From Octopus sinensis (Eukaryota): a DNA stretch of 64,000 nt. Where the stretch lies: the NCBI RefSeq assembly GCF_006345805.1, contig NC_043005.1, forward strand, positions 5,952,001-6,016,000, given 5' to 3'. A model generated the notes under the pieces. The model was not told the origin of the DNA, ran no database searches, and saw nothing but the letters and a program-made list of their open reading frames with translations. Below are positions 12,978 to 22,504 of the stretch, piece by piece. A program made the position numbers and the translations under genes. The stretch's first letter is position 1, and every line of letters starts with the position of its first letter.

Positions 12978-13331
12978 ATAAGCTGACTTTTGGAACATGA
13001 ATTAGCTTGGAATTTTGATGGGAGGTTTTTAATTCAGGTCACTTTAAAAAGTAAGTTTTTATCATTGAACTAGGGATGTTCCCAGGTGGGCTGGTATCAA
13101 AACGGTTGGCCCTTTTGTTAGTCTGTTTTAGTTGAAATACGCTGTCTTTATTTCAATCAATTTTGCAAATTACACAGAATTTAATAAAATAACTTTATCG
13201 TTATTAAGCTGGTGTTTGAAACATAAATCAACATGAAGTTTTGATGGAAGGTTTTTGTTTCGATCACTTTGAAACAGGAAGTTTGTATCCTGGAACCTGG
13301 GATGGTCTCAAGTGGGTTGATATCAAAAGGG
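12978..13331 (+). mobile_element. piggyBac-like (TTAA) MITE, one partial plus one complete copy in tandem
   Basis: The second copy runs from cccttttgtta (13110) to atcaaaaggg|ttaa (13331). Same family as 36045, 43270, 43470 and 45903. Confidence 0.8.
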
Positions 13332-14268
13332 TTAAATGTCTGGGGCTGAGGAAAGGGTAGAGGGAGCACAGTGAGGAGCTGCTATCAGCAATATGAACCA
13401 GTCACTTATTACTAAATGGGTACCAAACTGTCTAAGCCAACATACTGTTCTCTCAGCCTGACATCCTCCTTAGATGAGTGGACACCCAGCTCTCTCATCT
13501 TCCACCCTCTGTCACAGTAGACAGCCTGTTATGACAGGGTGGTATAGTAAAAGACAAAGATTAATAAAGATTATCCTAAACATTCACATATGATTAATAT
13601 ATTATTATCATTTAAGATCTGCACTGATCTTTATGTTGTTGCCATGGTTTTTATCTCTTGTCAGTCATCAATTCCACCCTTAATATGCAACTGAGACAGT
13701 GGCTTGTGTGTGTGTGTGTGTGTGATTATTATCCACCCCACTAGCCAGCCCTCAAAGAAATAATTTGTCACATAGAAATGATGACAGGCTCACAGCTGGT
13801 ATCTTTCATCCAATATCTGACATCCCCTCACCCCACCTCACTGCAACTCCATCAGAGCCACTACTACCACCACCACAATCACTACAACCATCACCACAAC
13901 ACCACCATCATCATCACTATCACTACCATTACTGTTACCATCACCACTACCACTACTACCATCATCCAACAATCACCATCACCACCACCACCCACACACA
14001 CTATGCCGACACCTCAGTAAGGAAAGGGAGAAAATAAGATTAATGAGTTGTCATGTTAATTACTAATTATACTACATCTAAGTAACCTTTTATGTTTGGT
14101 TGTTACTTGTCCTGCATAAATTAATATATCATGTGACCATACCCTATATTTCACTAAGTTGTTGTTGTTGTTGTTGGTGGTGGTGGTTAACCTTCATTAA
14201 GCAAAGTGTTTCCAGGCATCATGACCATGCAGTCTTTAAAGCAGTAAACAGGGAGAGGTTTGACTTAT

Positions 14269-14612
14269 TTCTAGCAGGTGATGCAATTTAGGGGAGATTT
14301 GGCTGTTATTTCTAGCACGTGAAGCCATTTGGTGGGAGATTCAGCTGTTATTTCTAGCAGGTGGTGTGATTTAGAGGAGATTTGGCTGTTCATTTCTAGC
14401 AGGTGGTGTGATTTAGGGGTGATTTGGTTGTTATTTCTAGCAGGTGGTGTGATTTGGTGGGAGATTTGGCTGTTATTTCTAGCAGGTGGTGTGATTTAGA
14501 GAAGATTTGGCTGTTCATTTCTAGCAGGTGGTGTGATTTAGGGGAGATTTGGCTGTTATTTCTAGCAGGTGGTGTGATTTGGTGGGAGATTTGGCTGTTA
14601 TTTCTAGCAGGT
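14269..14612. repeat. 41-42 bp minisatellite with a 125-bp three-monomer higher-order repeat
   Basis: Eight tandem copies of tctagcaggtggtgtgattt(a/g)g..gagatttggctgtt(c)att. The monomer variants recur every 125 bp. Confidence 0.9.
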
Positions 14613-14920
14613 AAAGTGATCACATATGGGTTTCCTTGACTCCACTAAATTATAATGGATAAGTGTATTTTTAGCCCCAGGTCAACCTGAATTAAATACA
14701 GACCTATGATCAAAGTCATTCCAGTTTTGACCATCCCTTCATTTTAAGGTTATATAATAACAACACCATTATGTCCTTTCCTTTAGATCTGCTCAAATGA
14801 GGCTGATTTGGGCCAAACAAGAAGGACAAGTGCAACAAGGTAGAAGTAATACTATACTAACAACAACTTCTGCTAGAAATAGCAGCCAAATTTCTTACCT
14901 ATCACACACTCCTGCCTTAA

Positions 14921-15097
14921 CCCCTTTGAACCTGCAAGTACACTTTAGTGGGTGCAATTTTATTGGACTCTACCTCTCCATGATAAAAGTAGGTGGCCAC
15001 GTATTTTTGTGTTTTTGGCTGAAAATAACGATGTTTCTGTTAATTAGTCTCTTCCAGGGGTATATACGTAGTCAAACAAAATCGCAGGTTCAAAGGG
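14921..15097. mobile_element. Complete piggyBac-like MITE with TTAA target-site duplication
   Basis: TTAA|cccctttgaacctgc ... gcaggttcaaaggg|TTAA. Confidence 0.9.
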
Positions 15098-15439
15098 TTA
15101 AAAAAAAGGCGAAGGAAACATTGAATGATGTAGTCCTAGATAGCCTATGTATGAACACAGATGGAACGGTCATGGCTGGAACGTCTTCGATCCTAGGTCT
15201 GCTCAGTCAGTACTGACACAAGCTTGAATGGTAATAACAAAGAAGCATTAAATAATGAATTTATAAGTATAAACAGGTGCAGGCATGGCTGTGTGGTTAA
15301 GGAGTTTGCTTCCCAACCACAAGATTTGGGGTTCAATCCCACTGAGTGTCATCTTGAGCAAGTGTTGTCTGCTATAAATCCTGGTTGCCTTGTGAGTGGA
15401 TTTGGTTGATAGAAACTGTCGTGTCTGTGTGTGTATGTG

Positions 15440-15830
15440 TGTGTGTGTGTGTGTGTATTTGTATATTTATATGTCTATGTGTGTGTATGTATTTGTATAT
15501 TTATATAAGGTGGTGCTCCAGCATGGCCACAGCCAAATGACTGAAACAAGTAAAAGAATAAAAGAATATGTGTGTATGTGTGTATTTGTATATTTATATG
15601 TATATATATATATGTGTGTGCGTGTATTTGTATATTTATATGTATGAGTGTTTGTATATTTATATGTATGTGTGTGTATTTATATGTATATATATGTGTA
15701 TATGTATATATGTGTGTATTTGTATATTTATATATGTGCGTGTGTATTTGTATATTTATATGTATGTGTGTGTATTTGTATATCTATATGTCTATGTATA
15801 TGTGTGTGTAAGTGTGTTTGTATACTCATA
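15440..15830. repeat. Compound TG/TA minisatellite (gtgtatttgtatatttatatgtat-like unit)
   Basis: About a dozen degenerate copies, interrupted by a SINE tail. Confidence 0.85.
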
Positions 15831-16465
15831 TGTATAATGTGTGCCTTAGTGGTTAGGGTGTTGCACTCATGTTGGTGAGATTGTGATTTTGATTCCTGGA
15901 CCCTTAAGACACTTAATTTCACACTGCTCCAGTCCACTCAGCTGGAAAAAGAGAGCGACCTTACAATGGCTCAACATCCTGTTTAGGATTTGGGGGTGGA
16001 TTATATACACCACAGAATCCAAGAAACAGCCTTATGAGTCTATGGCTTGGGAAGGACAGTTGGCCCTTTTTGATATCTATATATGTATGTATTATATATG
16101 TGTGTACGTATCTATTAGTGTATGTTTGTGTCTTCTTGTCTTGTCATTGCATGATAGCTGTAAATGAGTGTCACTGTCATACAGGCGGTGTCACGCATTT
16201 CTAATAAACTGTCTGACTGCAGGGAAGTATTACCTTATTTGGAAACAAGTGAGAGTTAGTGACAGGAAAGCTATCCAGTCAGAGAAGAATCTGTCTCAAT
16301 AAATTGTCTGATTCGTGCAAGCTTGGCTAAGTGGACATTAAATTGATGATAATAACGATGTTCAAATGTGTGTGTACTAAACAACAAGGGAAGTTAGGGA
16401 ACAGGTTTATTTAGGGTTGAGATAAGCAGAATTTGAGAGGTTTGCTAATATTCTACAACATAAGG

Positions 16466-16520
<55 letters not shown>

Positions 16521-16742
16521 TACGGAGATGTACTTGCATAGCAAGTGACTTGATCTGAGATTATGTGCTGGAACAAAAACAATTGCAGCATGGAAGGTGT
16601 TTATAAGCCATTTAAGAAACACACAAAAACCGTTAGATTCACTTCAACATTTATTTTGACAAATTAAACTTAAATGTTGAAGTGAATCTAACGGTTTTTG
16701 TGTGTTTCTTAAATGGCTTATAAACACCTTCCACACTGCAAT
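16521..16742. mobile_element. Fold-back element (inverted pair) flanked by (TA)n
   Basis: About 70-bp near-perfect inverted arms ttgcagcatggaaggtgtttataagcc...cttcaacattta / taaatgttgaag...ccttccacactgcaa. A second copy lies at 51502-51678. Confidence 0.85.
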
Positions 16743-16824
16743 TGTATATATATAGGTAATAATTTATATTCAGTTATATACCTTGTACAATGCTGTTTAA
16801 AGCATGTTCACAGTATTCGTTTAC

Positions 16825-16893
16825 CTGATGTCAACAACAGTCTGGATGTGTATTCCACTGGATTTGCTTCAGGAACTCCTCTGTTTACATAGA
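16825..16893 (-). CDS. Isolated 69-nt internal exon candidate (phase 1-1), xYVNRGVPEANPVEYTSRLLLTS
   Basis: Acceptor ttccattttctttctctcaag|, donor CAG|GTAAAC, length divisible by 3, and only one frame is open. Protein not recognised. Confidence 0.55.
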
Positions 16894-16917
16894 CTTGAGA
16901 GAAAGAAAATGGAAATT

Positions 16918-16976
<59 letters not shown>

Positions 16977-17066
16977 ATACATATCTTACATCTATTTTCT
17001 TTCCTCCACCTCTCTCTATTTATATCACATCGAAACTAACTATAACTTAACTTTTCCTCTCACACC

Positions 17067-17121
17067 GTCTCCGATGAAGGGATATTATTATTAATTAATA
17101 TTCTAGAAACAGCTGTAAGAC
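17067..17121 (+). ncRNA. Type-I hammerhead motif, variant or decayed (U4C), inside a ~215-bp TA-flanked element (16975-17190)
   Basis: GTCT CCGATGA A GGGATATT..AATATTCT A GAAAC AGCT GT A AGAC: helix I gtct/agac, palindromic helix III ACAGCUGU, GUA triplet. Confidence 0.65.
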
Positions 17122-17452
17122 ATTCTATCTATAAAAGCTCTAATATCTATACAGCCTTGGTTTATTTTATCTCATTACGCAAAAAATTCTTATATATATA
17201 TATTATTCGCATACATATATATGTTTAAAGAGAAAGGGGGAGAAAGAGACAAAGAATGAGATGGAGAGGGAGAGAGGTAGTAGGCAGTGGTCCAAGTGAT
17301 TAAGATGTTAGTCATGAGTTCAAACCCAATGCTTGTGTCTTGGTTCATGTCAGAACATGTTACCCTAGATTGCGTCAGGAGCAATAGGAACCAGCTCAAA
17401 CTGGTTTACTGTTTTCAGACCAGACTCTATCAATCATGACACTGTGACTTAC

Positions 17453-17467
17453 TGTTAAGCCTGAAAT
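17453..17467 (-). CDS. Microexon candidate (15 nt, or 8 nt from the inner acceptor)
   Basis: tactaagatttcag|atttcag|gcttaaca|GTAAGT. The phase-1 reading xFRLN joins in frame to exon 16825-16893, giving FRLNIYVNRGVPE. Confidence 0.35.
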
Positions 17468-17589
17468 CTGAAATCTTAGTAAATATGTCAGTATATACTG
17501 TTTATGTTTATGTATATGGGTGAATATATATATATAATATATAATAATATATATATGCTTGTATGTGTGTTGTGTGTGTGTGCCCATTC

Positions 17590-17838
17590 TTTTGTCTTTT
17601 ACTTGTTTCAGTCATTTGACTGCAGCCATGCTGGAGCACCGTCTTTAGTCGAACAAATCACTCCCAGAGTGTATTCTTTGTAAGCCTAGTACTTATTCTA
17701 TTGGGCCTTTTGTCAAACTGCTAAGTTAGAAGGACGTAAAAACACCAGCATTGGTTGTCAAATGATGTTGGTAGGGGGGGGGGACAAATACAGACAAACA
17801 TATACACATACACACACATATATATTTATATATATGTA

Positions 17839-17872
<34 letters not shown>

Positions 17873-18030
17873 CATACATATATACAACGGGCTTCTTTCA
17901 GTTTCCATCTACCAAATCCACTCACAAGGCTTTGGTCGGCCCAAGGCTATAGTAGAAGACACTTGCCCAAGGTGCCACACAATGGGACTGAACCCAGAAT
18001 CATGTAGTTGGTAAGCATTTTTTTTGTATA
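17590..18030 (-). mobile_element. SINE with CORE-like gcaccttgggcaagtgtctt block and internal microsatellite
   Basis: Reverse complement of the full-length copy at 58505-58890. Confidence 0.9.
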
Positions 18031-18195
18031 AATTTAAAGAATATTTATATAGACACATACACAAACACATCTTTATACATGTATATATGTGTTTGTATGT
18101 GTATACACACACGCACACACATTGATACATATGATATGCATGTATGTATGGGTCATCGAAATTTTTGTTTGTCTTGTTGTCGAGAGGCTCCCTTT

Positions 18196-18277
18196 CTTTC
18201 CTGATGAGAAGATTGCATAATGTACCCTTTATTCCTTTGGAATGAAAACATGTTGTCTTCGAAACATATGTCGAGAG
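18196..18277 (+). ncRNA. Intact minimal type-I hammerhead ribozyme
   Basis: ctttc CTGATGA GAAGAT-loop-GTCTTC GAAAC ATAT GT C gagag. All core nucleotides are canonical, G10.1-C11.1 is present, helix II is extendable to about 11 bp, helix III is the palindrome ACAUAUGU, helix I is 5 bp, and predicted cleavage follows 18272 (GUC). Confidence 0.8.
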
Positions 18278-18481
18278 TAAAGGAATTTTGTTAACATCTT
18301 CGTTCGACTCCATTCTTTCATTTATTCATATACAACACACAAATTTCTGCACATGAACCCGGAGTCTCTACCCTTGGACAGGTCGCTTCAACCGTGTTTC
18401 TGACGTGAATTTGCTACCCAGGTTTCGGTTAAATGAATTTTCCATGCTGACGATAAACATAGGATAATTCATTCACCTATT

Positions 18482-18526
<45 letters not shown>

Positions 18527-18641
18527 CAAAAATTTAGATTCAGATGACTATTGTACTCTATCTCCTTAACTTATTGAATATTTTAGTTATAATTATACTA
18601 ATGTGTCCATCTGTTCTAATTTAATTAAATTCTATGTCTTT

Positions 18642-18730
18642 GTGCAGCTGAAGATTACTCTGCATTTTAAATTGATGTAATGATTGCATTGTTCAGTTAA
18701 ATGGAATTGCATGAAACGATCGTACTGTAT
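18642..18730 (+). ncRNA. Type-I hammerhead motif with irregular helix II junction
   Basis: gtgcag CTGAAGA ttactc tgcatttt...aattgca t GAAAC GATC GT A ctgtat. Helix I is 6 bp with 2 G.U pairs, helix III is the palindrome ACGAUCGU, and the element is flanked by (TA)n on both sides. Confidence 0.6.
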
Positions 18731-18760
18731 TACCTCTGGATATCCTTGTTGCTTATTTTG

Positions 18761-18801
<41 letters not shown>

Positions 18802-18840
18802 CAAAGTAAAGTTGTAAGGTCCCGCATGAGTGGAAATATA

Positions 18841-19171
18841 TATGAAAGAAGGTTTGAAAATGCAATTTTAAAAGTGTTTATTCACTTGACCGATTTCACT
18901 TTTTTAGAAAAAGATTGTCAAAAGTAAAATGTAAAGCTTTGTATAAGCTTTGTTGTGTTTAGTATTGGTTGTCACAAAAGTATTAAAATACATACATACA
19001 TTCTTTGATAATGTATATATGTATTAAAATACATATATACATATGGCAACCAGTACTTAACACAACAAAGCTTATACAAAGCTTTACATTTTACTTTTGA
19101 CAATCTTTTTCTAAAGAAGTGAAATCGGTCAAGCGAATAAACATCTTTTCAAATTGCATTTTCAAACCTTC

Positions 19172-19178
<7 letters not shown>
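18841..19178. repeat. Large palindrome with ~135-bp arms, about 95% identical, flanked by (TA)n
   Basis: Arms 18841-18974 and 19044-19178 are reverse complements around a 69-bp TA-rich spacer. Confidence 0.9.
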
Positions 19179-19213
<35 letters not shown>

Positions 19214-19464
19214 TATATATATATGTATATGTGTGGGGAAATGTATACATGTATATACGTGTGTGTGTAAACAGTATTTATCTTTATGAGCAACTGTTAG
19301 TTTCAGGCAATGAAAACAACTCAGCATTTTATAATGTCTGGTGCTTTCGTGCAATCTTCAAGCATGAAGGTACCAGACCTATCATAAAATGTTGTCTGAG
19401 TTGTTTTTTATTGCATGGAGCTATATTAGTATCTCATAAAAACATACATTGTGTTTATTAAATA

Positions 19465-19923
19465 ACTAGCAGCATAGCCTGGCGTTGCCCGGGTATGTAA
19501 GAGCCCCTAGTAGGCAACGACTAATCCCAATCTAGTCCTTTCCCTCTATGGAATGAAGGCGCATGTGTAGGTTGCAATGTCTTCTCTTCACTCGAATACT
19601 TCTGTGTATACGATATTCTTAGCTGTCCCTTTGGGCGAAAACATGAAAACATCATTGTGCTTCCCAACGCGTGAACAGCCCACGTACAGCCCAGAAAATG
19701 TGTTGCATATAAAAAGCTTAGATTCTCGACCCCATGTCGAATTTATCGATTTTTTCAGAACTGGGGGAACTTTTCAAAATTTTCTCTGCGTTAGTTTTGA
19801 ATTATGACATTGGACTATGTGTGTGTCAAGTTTCATCAGAATCAGTTGAAAGCCGTGGTCAAGGTGAGGGTACAACCTGACAGACACACAGACACACAAA
19901 CTGCCGTTTATATATAGAGAGAT
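19465..19923 (+). mobile_element. Non-autonomous Helitron-like element, young
   Basis: Starts actagcagcatagcctggcgttgcccggg (5' hairpin) and ends aagtttcatcagaatc...gacagacacacagacacacaaactgccgtttatatatagagagat, the architecture of Lep1/HINE-type elements. CpGs are retained inside a CpG-poor domain. Confidence 0.65.
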
Positions 19924-19986
19924 ATCTATCACTCACCAGATGGACTACTTTTTTTGTTGATCTTACCATCATAGAACAGTATACTA

Positions 19987-20046
<60 letters not shown>

Positions 20047-20062
20047 ATGTATGTATATACAT

Positions 20063-20095
<33 letters not shown>

Positions 20096-20440
20096 TACAT
20101 ACATACATATATATATATATGTGTGCGTATGTATATGTATTTGTATATATGCTTGTGTTGAGAATGTATGTTTGTATGTAAACGTGTGTGTGTGTGTTTT
20201 GTTTACATTTACAAAGTCATTCACTTTGAGCAGTGATGTTGTCATCCCTTCCCCTGCTAGCAAATCATCCGATCTCCTCTTCATAACTTTGAGATAATGC
20301 GAAATATAAAAAAATATACTTCATTTGAAAAGCAGATGAGATTTCACAACAAAAAATGCAGCCAACTTTAAAACAATGCTTCAGTATTATATCCTTATAA
20401 GCCAGGCTAGCAAAGAAAAATGAGCATGAAGCAAAGGAAC

Positions 20441-20813
20441 GAAATTTGTTTTGTTGTGTCTTGGGAGGGTCATTATGCCAATAATAATAAACACATGCAC
20501 TGGTTCAATATTACTTCTTTATAGTTAGTCAGTTGGTTAATTATTTAACTAACTAGCCTATCATTTGTTTAATGTGTTTGTTAAACAATCAATCAGTTAT
20601 TTGTTTGTTAAGGTCCTTTCATCACTATTCACAATCTCTTCAAGGTCTGAAGACCTTGGAAACAAACAACTAATCAGTTGTTTAACCTTAAGAAAACAAT
20701 TGATTAGTTAGTTGGTTAGATATCTAAGTGACTACTAATAAGGAAGTGATAATGAACCAGTGTGTGTGTTTATTATTGGCATAATGATCCTCCAAGACAG
20801 CAAGATTTGTTTC
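20441..20813. repeat. Diverged palindromic element (arms ~165-175 bp)
   Basis: Arm 20441-20615 is the approximate reverse complement of 20652-20813. A single-arm copy lies at 37268-37450. Confidence 0.8.
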
Positions 20814-21342
20814 AACAGATAAATTTACATCAAGAATCTTGGGTATACAAAAATGAAGAAATTATTTTATTGACCTTTTCTCTGTTGTTTTACCTGGAAA
20901 CAGAAACTGTCATAACGCAAGTGATTGATCTTGTTTAGTCTTTCTGAATTTAGGTATTGTATATTTTACTGGAATCTGGTGCAGATGATGTAACCAAAAT
21001 TTTATGGAACCAGAATCTGTTGTAGATAATCTAACCATGTGTAATTAAAATCATATTTGACCTAAATCTGATGTAAACAGAAGACCGGAGTCCAGTCTGT
21101 TCCTTTTTTTGTATTATAAATTGATTTTTTTTCTTGCTACAGTATGTATGAGATAAACTACTTTTCTTGCTGTTTTTTTTTAGTATACATCTTTGTGTGT
21201 TACTAAAGGAAATTGTTTTTACATTTGGGCGTGCATCCTGCTTCTAATCAGTCAACCATGAAGAGTTGTAGCCATTCAGTTGTGACACAACCTATATTTG
21301 GCAAACATTTTCTTGCTTGCAGCAGCAGCAGCAGCAGTAGTG

Positions 21343-21396
<54 letters not shown>

Positions 21397-21691
21397 ATTT
21401 CCTTTTGACTTAGTGGACTAATAAATACCAGTAATATGCTGCTAACAATTCAAATAGTTACTTGTGTCTCTTATAAAATTGACTGAAATGTGAAGAAGTT
21501 GAGCAGAATTGTTAAAGGATCAGGCAAAATACTTTGTGGTATTTAGTTTCATATCTTTATGTTCTAGGTTCAAATTCCTCTGAGGTCGACCTTAACTTTC
21601 ATGCTTCTAGGGTTGATAAAATAAAAATATCTGTCAAGAATTAAGGGTGGATTTAATTGACTGTTCCTCTCCCTCAATATTTTTTGTCTTT

Positions 21692-21905
21692 AAGGCAGCG
21701 AGCTAGCAGAATCATTAGCATGCCAGGTGAAATGCTCAGCGGTATTTTGTCTGCTGTAACGTTCTGAGTTCAAATTCCGCCGAGGTCAACTTTGCCTTTC
21801 ATCCCTTTGGAGTCGATAAATTAAGTACCAGTTGTGTACTGGGGTCGATCTAATCGACTGGGCCCCTCCCCAAAATTTCGGGCCTTGTACCTAGAGTAGA
21901 AAAGA
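21692..21905 (+). mobile_element. SINE with Meta-like central domain (gactttgcctttcatcc..ggggtcgataaattaagtaccag)
   Basis: Same family at 21490 (decayed), 24780-24968, 45640-45865 (-), 54238-54465 and 54880-55102. The Meta-domain assignment is from memory. Confidence 0.85.
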
Positions 21906-22134
21906 ATATTTCTGGCCTTTTGCCTATGTAGTGTCACCTTGAGCAAGTCTCTTCTCCTAGGTCTTTTCACATGGTTAGTTAACAAATTTCATAACCAAAC
22001 ACCTATACCTGCACCACATCGTGATAGTGATATATATATATATATATATATGTCTTTACAAACATATTGGTTCAGGGTTCAGTACCATTCCAGTACCACC
22101 ATTCATGATAGATGCACTCTTTAACTTTTGTGAA

Positions 22135-22450
22135 GTCACATGGCTTAGTGGTTAGGGTATTCGGCTCACAATTGTACGGTCATGAGTTCAATCCTGGTGG
22201 ATGCTGTGACCATCAGCAAGACACTTTACTTCTCATTCCTCCTGTCCCCTCAGCTGGAAAAATGAGTAGTACCTGTATTTTTCAAAGGACCAGCCTTGTC
22301 ACATTGTGTCACATTGAATCTCCCTGAGAACTACATTAAGGGTACATATGTCTGTGGACTGCTCAGCCACTTGCACATTCATTTCATGAGCAGGCTGTTC
22401 CATGGATCAGATCAACTGGAACTCTTGTGGTCATAACTGACAGAGTACCA
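22135..22450 (+). mobile_element. tRNA-derived SINE
   Basis: A box tggcttagtgg, B box gagttcaatcc, body shared with 33700 and 55485. Confidence 0.85.
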
Positions 22451-22504
22451 TTTTTTTAAACTTCCAGAATGGTTTTAATTCAACAGCTTGGATAATGACA
22501 TCTC

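Noticed and set aside
14269-14612. CRISPR-like regular repeat
   Set aside because: Head-to-tail monomers with no unique spacers, in a eukaryotic context with no cas genes.
14797-15216. 139-aa ORF
   Set aside because: It spans a piggyBac-like MITE and flanking repeat pieces, so it is a chance open frame.
20300-20405. Minus-strand phase-2 frame LAYKDIILKHCFKVGCIFCCEISSAFQMK with a good acceptor
   Set aside because: Weak donor, phase incompatible with the other candidate exons, and an unrecognisable peptide.
20641-20670. CTGAAGA ccttg GAAAC hammerhead-like string
   Set aside because: There is no room for helix II and no helix I or III partner; it is the centre of a palindrome.
20954-21025. 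VLYILLESGADDVTKILWNQNLL, ankyrin-like LLESGAD
   Set aside because: The frame stops after 23 codons, with no donor and no further repeats.
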